Shown here one piece after another: positions 51,601-63,438 of a DNA stretch of 64,000 nucleotides. Position 1 is the first letter of the stretch. Each line of letters begins with the position of its first letter. The position numbers and the translations under genes were made by a program. The stretch is taken from the NCBI GenBank assembly GCA_965178125.1, contig OZ237739.1, positions 1,426,001 to 1,490,000 on the forward strand, written 5' to 3'. The DNA comes from Bilabrum cf. latius. Taxonomy: Eukaryota. Below the pieces are notes generated by a model, which saw only the letters and a list, made by a program, of their open reading frames with translations, was not told the origin of the DNA and searched no databases.

Positions 51601-54600
51601 TGGAAGGCCTGATGTTGGCCTGGGACCGTTGTAGCCCCGAGCTAGCCCCTCCTGCGCCGTCGGTCCCACCCCAGACTGCACCCCCTGTGGCCCGGGGGTT
51701 CCACCGCCGACGTGCCTATTCAACGCCACAGTGCGGTGCCCCACAGAACTAAGTGCCCCCATGTTTGCACCCTCACTTGCTCCTGTCTCCTCAAACCCAT
51801 CGGTCAGCATGGGCCGGGAAGCGGAGGATGGGGAGGAGGAGGACTGCGGCTCAGCATTGGCATGCCGCGAGCCGAACCTGCGCTCGCCTGGGGGCGGGAT
51901 CCGGAGCTGCGGCGGGTCCTCCCGGAGCTCACCCCCTTCCTCGCTTGCTCCCTCCTCGGCCTTACCCCCAAACTGATGCCCCCCAGTCTCGGCCTCGCCC
52001 ACGCCCCTCTCCCCCACAGGCGTCCTCCTCAGGCTGGCGGGGCTGGCGTGCACCCTGGGCAGGGCCGTCATGGACCTGTCCTTTAGCATGCCGGCCCCTC
52101 TCCCACCTTTCGCTCCACTGACCCCTCTTGTTCCTTGGGCCAGGGCCAGACCCTCGGAAACGGTGCGACCCGGGTAGGCCCGACCGGCGGCCCCTCCCTG
52201 CGACAGGTGCATGCCCACGGGCCCGAGTGCCCTTGCCCCCGCACCCGTGGCCTCATCTGCAAGGAGGCCCATGGCGTAGTACGGGCTGGGATCCGAGGGA
52301 AGCAGCGTCTGACCACGGGCAAGCTGCACGCGGAACCGGCTTACGTCGGGGCGGCGGTCCCACCCGCCCGCCCTCGCTGCCACGGTCAGAGCCAGCTCGT
52401 GCTCCTGGTCGGTGCGCGCCAGCCTGAGCCGGTCTCTCTGCTGCGGTACCTGCGAGTCTCCCGCCAGCACGCCGTCCTTTGCCCTGGCCCTGGCAGAGGG
52501 TTCCTCCAGCGACAGGCCCGAGCCAGGGGCAGCCTGCGCCCAGCCCCACCGGACAGCCACCAGCGCCCTGCTGAGCCCCCGGCCCTGCCACGCGCCCCCC
52601 TGACCCACCGCCCCGTCCACACCCCCGCCCTCGATGGACTCAAGCACCCCACGCAATCGCTCCGCCCTGTCCCTGGCCCGCTGCTCGGCCATCTCGTGCA
52701 GCGAGTCCGCGGCCCCGCGAGGTGCCCCGCGGTCGCTGCCATGCACCGCACCACCGTGCGATGCACCGTGGCCAGACGCCCCCGCCGCAACGCCGGTGGG
52801 TGCCGCCAGAGCCACGCTCGTGGCACACGCCGCGGAGAGCAGACCAGAGGCGTCTGCCCTGCACAGGACTCGCCAGCGCTTCGGCAGCGCCAGGCCGCCG
52901 TACCCCGACACTGCACTGGCGAGCGCCGCGCCGTCCGCTGCAGCAGACGCGTCCACGGTGCGGCATATCGCGGGCGTCTGCGAGAAGCTTGACGACTGCC
53001 GGCCACTATCCTCCTCCATTGTCTGCCTCCTCCCCACGGCGGGGTCCTGCCCTCCTGGGGTGCTCCCCGCACCATGCGTCCAGCGGAAGCCGACCAACGT
53101 TTGAGATCCACGGAACCCCGGGGAACTTTCCTCGGGGCCGCCCGTACTCGTCGAATAGGGCGTTTCGGTGGCGAGCGGCGGTCGGTTCCCCCCTGCCGCC
53201 TCCCCGCGAGGCAAGGCATCCTCGGGCCCGAAGGAAACGCCGCTGCTTGCATCCACCTGTGCCCTGGAAATGGCTCGCCGGGTGGGCTCGTCCAGGTTGA
53301 TCGATGCACCCGTCGCGACGGCGGATCCGCCCGTACCCCTGCCGCTACCGCTGCCTCGGCTCTCCGCGCCACCGCCGCCGCTGCTGCTGCTGCTGCCAGC
53401 TGCCCCCCCGAGACCCCCACGGGACAAAGACCCTGCCCCCAGGAGGGCCCCCTCCTGCGACCCCACCGGCGCCGTCATGCCCCCCACGTCCACCACATAC
53501 CTCCGGAGACGGTCTGCTGCTCCATCGCCGCCCCCCTGGCCGTTTTCAGCCTGGACGTGCCACCCCGGGCCACCTGTGGTGCCCAGCCCCGCCAGGTGCA
53601 GTGCAGGTTGGTGTGATGCTGTGCGGGTATTGGTGCCATCTGCCTCCTTTTGTGTTCCCTGTACACTGCTCGCGCCCGCCCGCCTCCATAGAGCGGCGGC
53701 CCACGGTACGGGTGGAGGCGCGCCCTGGCGGTGGTGGTGTCTGCGGCGCTGCATGCGGTGTCGGTCTGCTGCAGCACCACCTCCTCTGCTCTGGTTGCTG
53801 GCCCTGGACAAGCGATGCCTGCTGGAGCGGGAGTGTCTTGGGGACCTGGATCGAGACCGAGACCGGCTGTGCCGTGGACTGCGGCTGGCAGACGATCGTC
53901 TGGATTCCCTTGACTGCCTCTGATGTGCATGCATGCGGGAATCTGCCCCCGTGTACGTGGGTCGCGTGGAAGCGGGGTATACCCACCAGTGCCCGGGCAC
54001 GGGCATGCGTCCAAATAGGCCATGGACGCCGGTGGAGGAGGACTCGAAGGGCGGTGCACCGTGGGTACCACGCCGGGACACAGCCGAGGAGGAGGAAGCG
54101 GGCGCCAGCTGCTCTCGAGGCAACGACAGGGACATGGTCCCACCCTGTTCCTCTCCGATGGAGGAACCGACTGCGGTCGACCCATGCACCCCGGAGCCAT
54201 CCAGCAAAAGGCGCAGTCGCCGCAGCTCCTCCTGCCCCAGCGTGCTCCTCGCTGACAGTCGGTAGTAGTACTGCGCCAGGAGGGGGAGCCTACCGGACAT
54301 CTCGTCCTCCCCACCGGGGCTCGATCCCGCACCCGCCCCACCAGAACCGCGCCCACTCAGGGCCTCACCCTCCCCGCCGGGCCTGGCGAGACCCCCCGCA
54401 TGAGCAGCCTGGCACAGCCCGGGCACCCACCATGAGGGAGCCGGGTCCACGAGCACCGCTGCCAGCAAAGTGGCCATCCCAACAGAGTCCCGGGTCGAGC
54501 CTAGGACACCGCCCGCTCCTGCTCCCCGTGCAGAACCAGCCGCATCCATCCCGGAACCACGACCGCCGCGCGAACCGTCCAGCCGCCTGTCTTGCCACCC

Positions 54601-56604
54601 TCCCCTCTCGCCCTCGCTCTGGTCCAAGTCCTGGTCACTGTCCTCCTCCTCGTCCTCCTGCTCCTCCTCGTCCTCCTGCTCCTCCTCGTCGTCATGGTGC
54701 TCCCACTCGCTCTGCATCGCTGCTGTTTCTGCGGCCTGCACGGCCTCTCTCTCCAGTGCGAAAGCCGCATGCTCGCTACTGGGCGCAGGGAGAAGCACCT
54801 CCCGGAACAGCCGCGCCACCAGCGACCGATCGCTACCGCTCTGGCCGGTGGCCGCCGCAGCTGCTGCAGACCCCTCCTCCTCCTCGATTTGCGCACGGGC
54901 AAGCGCGGAGGTCTCGCCGCCCGAGCCTACGCCAGTGCCGTCGTGTTTCGACTCCGAGCCGCGCCACACGGAATCTCCTTGGTCCTATTCCCCCCCCTCC
55001 TTCTCCCCAGGGGAATACCCCGTGGCTGCCCCTCCAGACAAAGGTGTGGAAGGCGGCGGGGACAGCCTTCTCCTGCTCCTCCTGCTCGTTCTTTTCGTCC
55101 TGCTGGCAGCTGCAGCGTGTTTTTCAGGCACTGCTTCTTCCTCCCCCCGGGATCGTGCGCCCATGGGCAGCTGGGCGCAGATGTGCGCCGCCGCCGCGCC
55201 CTCCAGCAGCACGGCCACGAGGTTGCTGAGTGCACCCGCGTGCCGCAGCAGACAGGCCACTTCCGCCCGCCTCCGCCGATGCCTCCTGTTCAGCCGCACC
55301 CTAAGCCGTTTCATGCGACCCACCCGGCGGCTCATGGCAAAGAACTTCTTCAGCTTGCGCCTGTACCTGCGCCGCACCGTCTTCCGATCCCTTGAGCTGA
55401 GCTCCACCCCTGCCGACCTGTCCTGCAGCACAGCGGGCTTCCTGGGTGCCTTGGGCGCGGGAGGGATGCGCGGTGGGGGCGGCGGCACGTAGCAGCGGGC
55501 TGCAGCCATGGCCGCAGACATGTCCGCCACTGCTGCAGGCAGGACGTCCCCGTCCAGGAGAGCGAGCCTGCACCGCCGATCAGCCGCCGCCAGCCGAGAA
55601 AGGGCGCCGACGGCCAGCGTGCATGCCTCCAGCGAGGTGGCACCCCGCACGGCACCTAGCGCGCGCTCCAGCACCCCTGCCACCCCGTGGGCCGGGGCTG
55701 CATCCAGTCTACTGCGCGGTGCATCTGCCAGCGGGGCGCGGTACCCATGGCGACCCTCCCCGCCGCTGAGAGCCGCGCGCAGGGACCTCCACGAGGCCAG
55801 CGCGGGCGGTGGGCTCAGGTCACAGGCCCACGCAGGGGCAGATAGAGAGGAAGCCGAGGGCCGAGCTCTCGCGCCCTGCCAGTGGTGTGTGGGGATGGCA
55901 GTGGTCGTCGGCAGCCGCAGCACCCTGGGGATTGCAGCCGTCCTGCCGCCGATCCACGCGTCCTGGCAGTGGAGGCCCAGTCGTTGGGCGGGCTGCAGGG
56001 AGTAGAGATGCAGGGGCAGGCCCCATCTGGGAGAGGGGCGCCAGGGCTGCAGCACGACGTGCTCCGCAGAGGCCGGCTTCCCATCGGGCCCCTGGAGGAA
56101 GGGGGCTCCGTCCATGGGGGCGAGCACCGCGCCAACGTGCTGCCAGCTCACGAGCAAGGCGCTGCGGGAGCGAAATATCTCAGACACTCTAGGGGGAGGG
56201 TCCATCGATTCGGCGGGAGGGGCGAACCCGAGGCCCAGCCGGCTCGGGGGATGATGCTGCTGCTGCTGCCCGTCGGTGCCGCCTTGGTCGACTCCACGAC
56301 GCTACATGTTCACGTTGCTACCACTGGAAGACCTTGCACTGGTTCTTGTTTCGTTCATGCCTGCCCCGCCAGGGAATGAAACGAACAGTCCAGCATCTAG
56401 CACTGCAATCGCACAAAACCGGATGGCTGTCGGGTCGTCGCTCTGCGTCGCGCCCCAGGAATCGTCTCTAAAGTCGGCCAACAGGGAAGCAGTCACACAT
56501 CGTGACCCAATCAGAGCTGATCGGCTGCTGAGGGTGCGGCTCAAGGCTGCAGGGTCTCCTAATCGGTTGGGCTGCAGCAGTGCAAGCGCCTCTCGCGCAG
56601 ACAT
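45661..56604 (-). CDS. Giant hypothetical protein (3647 aa), mostly low-complexity with short helical/ARM-like islands; ten TAG
   Basis: Track ORFs 56302, 54985, 51052, 49783, 48304, 48007, 46369 and 45763 are all in one frame, separated only by TAG. ATG 56604 is preceded by an in-frame TAA. Ends TGA 45661-45663. Confidence 0.75.
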
Positions 56605-56907
56605 TTACGTCGATTCGTTTGGTACCCAAGGCGCAATTCTGCACAGGACACAAATCAAACTACTCGTACTGCTAATGGTGTGGATTTCGTGTCGTATCTC
56701 AGTTTGATTTGCAAAATCTTTGGTGCGACCAACGGTAACGAAACGCAGAGGCTGCAAGCGAACCAGGAACGAAACAAAAAGGAACTGCGGCAGTAGCCGC
56801 AGCGGGTAGAAGGGCAGTTCCGGGAAGCCTCCGCTGCCAAACAAGTGAACCTGTTGAATTCTGTAGCGCTGCATCAAGTAGAAACGTGGCTGGACTGTGT
56901 AGCTGCT

Positions 56908-57567
56908 ATGTCTACCTTCGATGACCCATTTTTTAATACCGACGACGGCGACGCTGACGACGGAACTTCGGCCGAAGGGCTACCAGATTTCGCCATTGGT
57001 ATCTTTGCGGCCGTTGGTGTGATCTTCGTTTGCCTGGTAGGTTTCACAATTTATCGCATGGTCAGACACTTCGCGCTCATCCGCCAAATGTTCGCCATGC
57101 AGGGGGGGGTGGTAGAGGCATACGAAATGCAACAACGAGTCAATGCCGGAGCTCAAGTATATGTGGTTGGAGGAGCGGGAATAAATGGCCAGGTTTCATA
57201 GAGCAACCCATCCTTCAATGCGGCTACTGGATAGGTCCAGCCAACCCCCGTCCCCCAGATATCGTACGCCGCGCCAACAGCACTCGGCCCGTTCGAGCGA
57301 CTTGCCGTCTCGCTGTCCACCGCCCCTACAGAAGCAGATCTTAGCAGCATAATGCAGCAGATATTGGAAATTGTATTAAATGATTAGTTTCACAAGCCTG
57401 GCGATGCCCGCAACCGGCTGCTGGGCAGCAAGCTGGCCGGCACTGTGCAACACGCCGGTGCGTGGACTCCGGCCAACGAGGCTGCGTTCGAGAAGGTGCT
57501 GGCCAGCCTGCCCCCCGACTCGTTCCGACCACCGGATCAGCCGGACTACTCCGCAACTTTTGCCTGA
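56908..57567 (+). CDS. Single-TM protein, tandem array copy 1 (C-terminus truncated or frameshifted relative to siblings)
   Basis: MSTFDDPFF acidic N-terminus, TM, and shared domain FERLAVSLSTA...KPGDARNRL..SKLAG...PPDSFRPPDQPDY. TAG at 57199, 57232 and about 57384. TGA at 57565 comes before the family tail. Confidence 0.65.
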
Positions 57568-58106
57568 GCAGGCGCAGTAACTGGCAGCTCAACTAGCGGG
57601 GGAATGGACCCGGTGGGGCGCATGGGCATGGGCATGGGCATGGGCCCGGGTAAGATGGTCGGCGGCATGATGGGCGGTTGAAGGGTTGGGGGCGGCAAAG
57701 GCGTTACTAGGATCATGATTCCTGGACCAGCCGGGCTGGGTATTCCGGGGACGACTCGGAGTGAATTCGTTCGATGAGGGCCTGAGCAGCCCCCAGGCTG
57801 CCAGTGGTGTGGTCCGATGTTGCCGGTGGTGTTAACAGGTGGTGCATGCGCTGGTTGCGTCTCGGACGCGTGATGGGTGCGGCGGGGTCGCCGATGCAAG
57901 ATATTGTCATCAATTGCACCGCAATGGAGTTAAGGCGATAGCAGCCCAATGCGATCACCACCCCCTGGCCATCATCGGTGGATTCCCATCGCCGCGACCG
58001 ACCGGAACCGGCTGCTGTGTGTTCCGAGATTTCGCGGGAAAGCCCGGCACCCTGTTTTCCCCTGTTCGAAGCAACTTGTATTCACCCGAGGTTTACTGCC
58101 TGATTC

Positions 58107-58904
58107 ATGTCAACCTTTGACGATCCATTTTTCAACGATGATGGTGGAAGGGCTGAAGACGCGCACAATGAGGCCAAGAAACGAATAGAGACCGCCATCA
58201 CGATTGCAATAGTAGTGTCTAGCATTATTGGCGGTCTGATGGTATTGTGTATTGCATATGCAATAATATCGAGTTGCTTGAGCCAGCAGTAGCCCGTGAA
58301 TCCCGATGCAATTCAGTTGTCGCCCGACGAAATGGAGCGTCGGGTCACTTCCGCAGCCCCGGGGCAAGGGGTGGGTGGCACGCAAATCAACGGCCAGGTT
58401 TCATAGAGCAACCCATCTTTCGATGCAACTACCGGATAGACTCAGTCTTCCTCTGTTCCCCGGTCGCCATATGCCGCCCCAATAGCTCTCGGACCGTTCG
58501 AAGGACTCGCCGTCTCGCTGTCGGCTGCATCAACGGAAGCAGATCTCGATCAAGCGCTACAAAAACTAGATATCGTACTAAGGAATCATTCCGTGCAGAA
58601 GCCAGGTGATGCCCGCAACCGGCTGCTGGGCAGCAAGCTGGCCGGCACCGTGCAGCACGCCGGTGCTTGGACTCCGGCCAACGAGGCTGCGTTCGAGAAG
58701 GTGCTGGCCAGCCTGCCCCCCGACTCGTTCCGGCCCCCGGATCAGCCAGACTATGCCGCTGTATTGTCGCAGCAGGCGCAGCGGCAGGCGTACTCGGGGC
58801 AGGGCACGGGTGTGGCGGGGAGCGACGGGGGCAACAACGAGGGGCTGTGGGGAGCTCCGCAGGCGGGGGGGGGTGCTGCCGTGTCGAGCGGGTTCCTCGT
58901 TTGA
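58107..58904 (+). CDS. Single-TM protein, tandem array copy 2
   Basis: MSTFDDPFF, TM, three TAG, shared domain, ends SSGFLV-TGA. Confidence 0.78.
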
Positions 58905-59318
58905 ACGATACTGTCCGTAGCGGGTATGCTCCTGACAGTCGTGTGCACGTTGCAGCGCACCAGTCACCACACACTGGCAGGGTGTTCGTTGGCTATGCAA
59001 TGCTGGCAGTCCCGCTGCTGGCGGGGCAGTCGCGTCTCGAATGACAGCTGCAAGCATTCGGTTGGTCGGCTCACACGCTGACATTCATTTTAATAGTCGT
59101 CTTTCCTCGCGACGCTCATTATCTGCCCCGGGCCAGGCACTCTCGAACGCCGATTCCCCCGCCGGGCCGGCGGCGGCTCCGAGCCGCGGCAGACTGCCAG
59201 TCACTGGCAGTGATTTGTTTCTCCTCTTCGCGCCACCGAGACTCACCCAGTGCTTGCCCGGTCACTAATCCCCCCGAGCCCAACGATTGCCTTTCAAGGG
59301 CTTTCACGAGACTCTTTG

Positions 59319-60446
59319 ATGTTTGACGATGACGATCCATTCCAAGACGACGATCCATTCCAAGACGACGATCCATTCCAAGATGATGGCCCAGACCCTG
59401 GTGCTGTGGTAGGCAGCGTGGTTGGTAGCATGACCGGCCTCGTGTGCTGCTGCGGGATCATTGGAGTAATTGTATATTTTGTTTGTATCAGGCCTGGCTA
59501 GCAAGCAAGGATGCGCCAAACGGCAAGGCCAAACGTGGTGGTGCACACGAACGCAGTGAATGCAGCGCAGCATGCCCAGACACAGCAAGCGCGGCAGGGC
59601 CAGACCGATTCATACTAGCAGTTCTTTGGTAATCCGGTAGCGCAGCCTGCCTAGCACCAGCAGACGCAGTCCTACAGCGGCCACGTGCCCCAGTCGCCGT
59701 ACGCCCAGCAGCCGCCATCGATGGGCCGTTTCGAGCAAGTCGCCTTTTCGCTGTCCACGGCCTCCTCTGACGAAGAAGTGAATAAGCTGCTGCAGCAGCT
59801 GCGGCAGGTCGTGTCGGACCCTTCGGTGCAGAAGCCCGGCGATGCCCGGAACCGGCTGCACGCGAACAAGCTGGCGGGGTCGGCACAGCACCCGGGCGCG
59901 TGGGGCGCACTGAACACGTCTGAGTTTGGAGAGATCATCACGATGCTGCCGCCGGACGCGTTCCGTCCCCCCGGGCAGCCGGACTACGAGGCGATCGCGG
60001 CGCAGCAGGCGCAGCAGCAGGCGTACTCGCTGTCTGGCGGGGCTCCTCCGCCCCAGCCTCAGCACCACCACGCTCCATCTGCTCCTGCGGCAATGGGGGC
60101 CGGCATGGCGGCGTCACCGTACGGCGGGCAGGGCCAGGGCCAGGGCCAGGGCGTTCCGCCATATGGTATGCAGGGTGCCCCCACTGCGCCTGCTGGCGGT
60201 GCTCCAGCGTACCCGGGGATGGGCGGCGCGTCGCCTTACCCGAATGGGACGGGCATGGGCGGTGCTGGGAGTGGACCCGCGCCGTATCCGTTCGATGCAG
60301 GGGCAGGGGCAGGGGCAGGGGCAGGGTCTCCGTATCCGCCGGGTGGGCTAGGGGTGGGAGGGGTGCAGGGGCAGGGGGGTGTGCCCTACCCGACGGGCCC
60401 TGCACCGGGCACTCCTGGTGGCTCGCACGTGAGCGGGTTCGTCTGA
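59319..60446 (+). CDS. Single-TM protein, tandem array copy 3, with long Gly/Pro/Tyr tail
   Basis: MFDDD(DPFQDD)3, TM containing CCCG, three TAG, shared domain, ends VSGFV-TGA. Confidence 0.8.
59331..59384 (+). repeat. 18-bp tandem repeat x3 (GACGATCCATTCCAAGAY) encoding DDPFQD
   Basis: Direct reading of the sequence. Confidence 0.9.
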
Positions 60447-60799
60447 TCCACCAGCCCTTGAGGTGTGGTGGTTGAGTGCTGCATGTTTGTGGAGGCTGGC
60501 TGACCTCCTGACTGAAATGCGGGAAAGAGAACGACTGTTGTGTGTATCTGTGTTCCTATGCGACTTCTGCGAATCTCACTAGCGAGGGTGCTGTGGGGTG
60601 GCCAGCCAGTTTCCCGGAAAGATCGGAGAAACCGAACGTTCGACTCGAAAACCGAACCGGAACGTGCGACCTGACGCTGCAGAAGGAGGTTCGGCAGAAG
60701 ATAACAAAACTAATTGGCATTGACAGGACACCAGTCAAGTACAGAAGAAGCTTCGGGTTGTTTTCATTTCCTTCTCAACTACAGATCAACGCTGCTCGT

Positions 60800-61729
60800 A
60801 TGTCGAGCTTTGACGACGATTTTTTTAGAGATGACGACGATACATTTGCGGACGATCCCGATGAGGACACTGGAACGGTTGTTGGAGGTGTGATTGGAAG
60901 TCTAGTCAGTCTATTGTGCTGCTGTGGTATTATTGGTGGTATCGTGTATTTTGCGTGCATCAGGCCGGCCCAGATTTCTTCTGCTGTTCGGTCGCAATAG
61001 TAGCAATAGGCAACCGCTGCAGCGCAGGCACAAGCCGCCAGTGCAGGGCAGCCTCATCATTAGCAGGGACAAGTAGCAACAAAAGATTAGTTCTTTGGTA
61101 ATCCGGTAGCGCAGCCTGCCTAGCACCAGCAGACGCAGTCCTACAGCGGCCACGTGCCCCAGTCGCCGTACGCCGAGCAGCCGCCATCGATGGGCCGTTT
61201 CGAGCAAGTCGCCTTTTCGCTGTCCACGGCCTCCTCTGACGAAGAAGTGAACAAGCTGCTGCAGCAGCTGCGGCAGGTCGTGTCGGACCCTTCGGTGCAG
61301 AAGCCCGGCGATGCCCGGAACCGGCTGCACGCGAACAAGCTGGCGGGGTCGGCGCAGCACCCGGGCGCGTGGGGCGCACTGAACACGTCTGAGTTTGGAA
61401 AGATCATCACGATGCTGCCGCCGGACGCGTTCCGCCCCCCCGGGCAGCCGGACTACGAGGCGATCGCGGCGCAGCAGGCGCAGCAGCAGGCGTACCAGCC
61501 GCAGCAGCCTCAGCACCACCACGCTCCATCTGCTCCTGCGGCGATGGGGGCCGGCATGGCGGCGTCACCGTACGGAGGGCAGGGCCAGGGCTACGTGTAG
61601 GGGGCACAGTCGGTGCCAAACGCACCCAATGCACCTGTGTACCCGGGGGCAGGGACAGGGTCGGGGGGCGCCGCACCCTACCCGACGGGTCCATCGCCGG
61701 GTGGGCATACCACCGGGGGATTCGTGTGA
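60800..61729 (+). CDS. Single-TM protein, tandem array copy 4
   Basis: MSSFDDDFF, TM containing CCCG, CAA-TAG-TAG-CAA-TAG run at 60995-61009. About 400 bp are nearly identical to copy 3. It reaches the family terminus TGGFV-TGA only through TAG 61598. Confidence 0.8.
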
Positions 61730-61848
61730 TTTGAGTTCGACACGTCTGCCCCTATGTACGTTTATTATTCGTTGTTAGTAGAATACCGCACCTTGGACTT
61801 GCTTCGTGGCCCAAGTTCAGGCTCGATTTCCGATTGTTCCCCTCGCGA

Positions 61849-61869
61849 GGGGGGGGGGGGGGGGGGGGG
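61849..61869 (+). repeat. G21 homopolymer
   Basis: Direct reading of the sequence. Confidence 0.85.
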
Positions 61870-62490
61870 CACTTCTCAATGCAACGCAGCAAAGTTTGGG
61901 CTCGCACCGAGGCAGCCTGGGCCTCGCACTTCTTTCCTGACTCAATCAGTCTGATTGTCACTCTGCGCTTGTTGGTGACACAATACGCAAAGAATCGCTG
62001 GTTTCACCACCACGAGCTGGAGAAATGACGGTTCAGGCAATCCAGCTGGCTGCTCTCACTCCCGCGTTCTACAAGGACACTCCATCCTGCAGCCTTATTG
62101 CTGCTGCCATCTTGCGAAGGCTTGGCCTCTCAGGTGCGCTCTCTCAGTCTCAGATTAGTTGCTGAGAGTACAGGGCTGCAACATGGATCTTCGGCAGTGA
62201 GCTCCGAGTCAATGTAGCGATTACGAGTTGGTCTGGGGCATAGCAATGGGGAGGTGGTGGTGCTCTGGACCGCATTGCCGCCGCAACCGCAAAACGAAGC
62301 ACCTACAAATCCATTCACTCCCGAGACGAACCGGAAGGCAACAAGACTTGGCGTGGGTCTTCCAGTCCGTGACTGTAGGCTGTCCGTGAAGTTTTACATA
62401 GAAAACACGACTAAGATGAAGGATTGGTATCCGGGCTGTCATGCATGAGAGCAACGGCGGGCCCTTTCAGCTATGGTGTGGAGCTGCCGC

Positions 62491-63249
62491 TCACTTGCCC
62501 TCTGCCTCCCCCTCTTTGCTCTCCTCCACGCCCGACTCGGATGCTTCCACGCGGGCCTTCTTCGCCGGGTCCTCGCCGTCGGCGGGCCCGTCTGCGGCAC
62601 GCTTCCCCGCCTCGGAGGACGCCCCTTCCCCCGCGCCCCCGGTTGCAGCCCCGGCGCCTGCCTCCGCCTCCTTGCTCTCCCCCGCGGCAGCTCCGGCACA
62701 GTCTACCAGCTTCGTCACCACTTCTTGGACGTACTGTTTCCTTGCGTCCATGCTGTCGCATGGGCGGTTGTATGGCGTCCACACTGGCTCACCGACAAAG
62801 AGGCGCATAGCCTGGATGAAGTTCTTCTCATCCAGCGTAAACCTGTGGTAGATACCCGCAGGGAGCACGATCATGTCGCCCTTGCCCATGGCAATACGGA
62901 TCCATTTATCATTCTCGTCGCGGACGTCGAAGTATCCTGTTCCATCCAGCACAAGACGGATCTCCTCGTCGGTGTGGATGTGCTCCTCGAAGAACGACTT
63001 GATCTTGTTCTCATAGTCCGGGAGCGTGTCGGGATGGCACGTGATCTAGTCATTGTATGTGTATCCTCGTTCTGTTCTAATCTTGTTGAAAGTTTCGTCT
63101 TTCTCAAGGTCATCGACCCCGAGTCCCTCCCACGCCAGCACCCCTAAAGCCTTCAGCTTGTCCTTGCTAACTGGGGCGTTAGGAGACAACTGATGCGGCT
63201 TCCGCTGATCTTCAGAGCTATCATCCATATACCAGGCTACGATCGGCAT
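62491..63249 (-). CDS. ADI1: Acireductone dioxygenase (methionine salvage) with Ala/Glu-rich C-terminal extension; TAG at 63046
   Basis: AWYMDD..DQRKPH, RGYTYND[TAG][54 protein letters not shown] and [17 protein letters not shown]. Ends TGA. Confidence 0.93.
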
Positions 63250-63438
63250 CGTACGCTGCCTTCTAGGTGTAGGAATGCCGGCTCCACGTCGCCCATTTTC
63301 GATCTGTCACCGGAAAATCAGATCTCTTTTTTTTTTTGTCACGCAACCAAACACCCGAGCAAATCTGCAAGGAAGTACTTGGCCAAAACCACTGCGCAGA
63401 GAAATCCACACTCGGTAATCCATGCTTGCATCCTTCGC

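Noticed and set aside
42347-56379. Many long antisense or alternative-frame ORFs (e.g. 53304..55229, 47300..48448, 42347..43639)
   Set aside because: Shadow ORFs expected opposite GC-rich coding sequence. Their translations are Pro/Arg-rich and lack motifs.
59331-59384. Short direct repeats as a CRISPR-like array
   Set aside because: Head-to-tail 18-bp coding repeats without spacers, in a eukaryotic gene.
61878-62448. Possible gene with a WD40-like snippet (LRVGLGHSNGEVVVLW)
   Set aside because: The frame is broken by TGA at 62026-62028 and there is no other support.
196-63249. TAG-interrupted genes as pseudogenes, pyrrolysine usage or sequencing noise
   Set aside because: Interruptions are exclusively TAG, never TAA, TGA or frameshifts, in conserved genes. 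They align with Gln or CAG. Pyrrolysine is prokaryotic, and spliceosomal introns show this is eukaryotic DNA.
196-63249. Ciliate-type code (TAA and TAG both Gln)
   Set aside because: No internal TAA found in more than 10,000 codons of reconstructed CDS, and two genes end on TAA.
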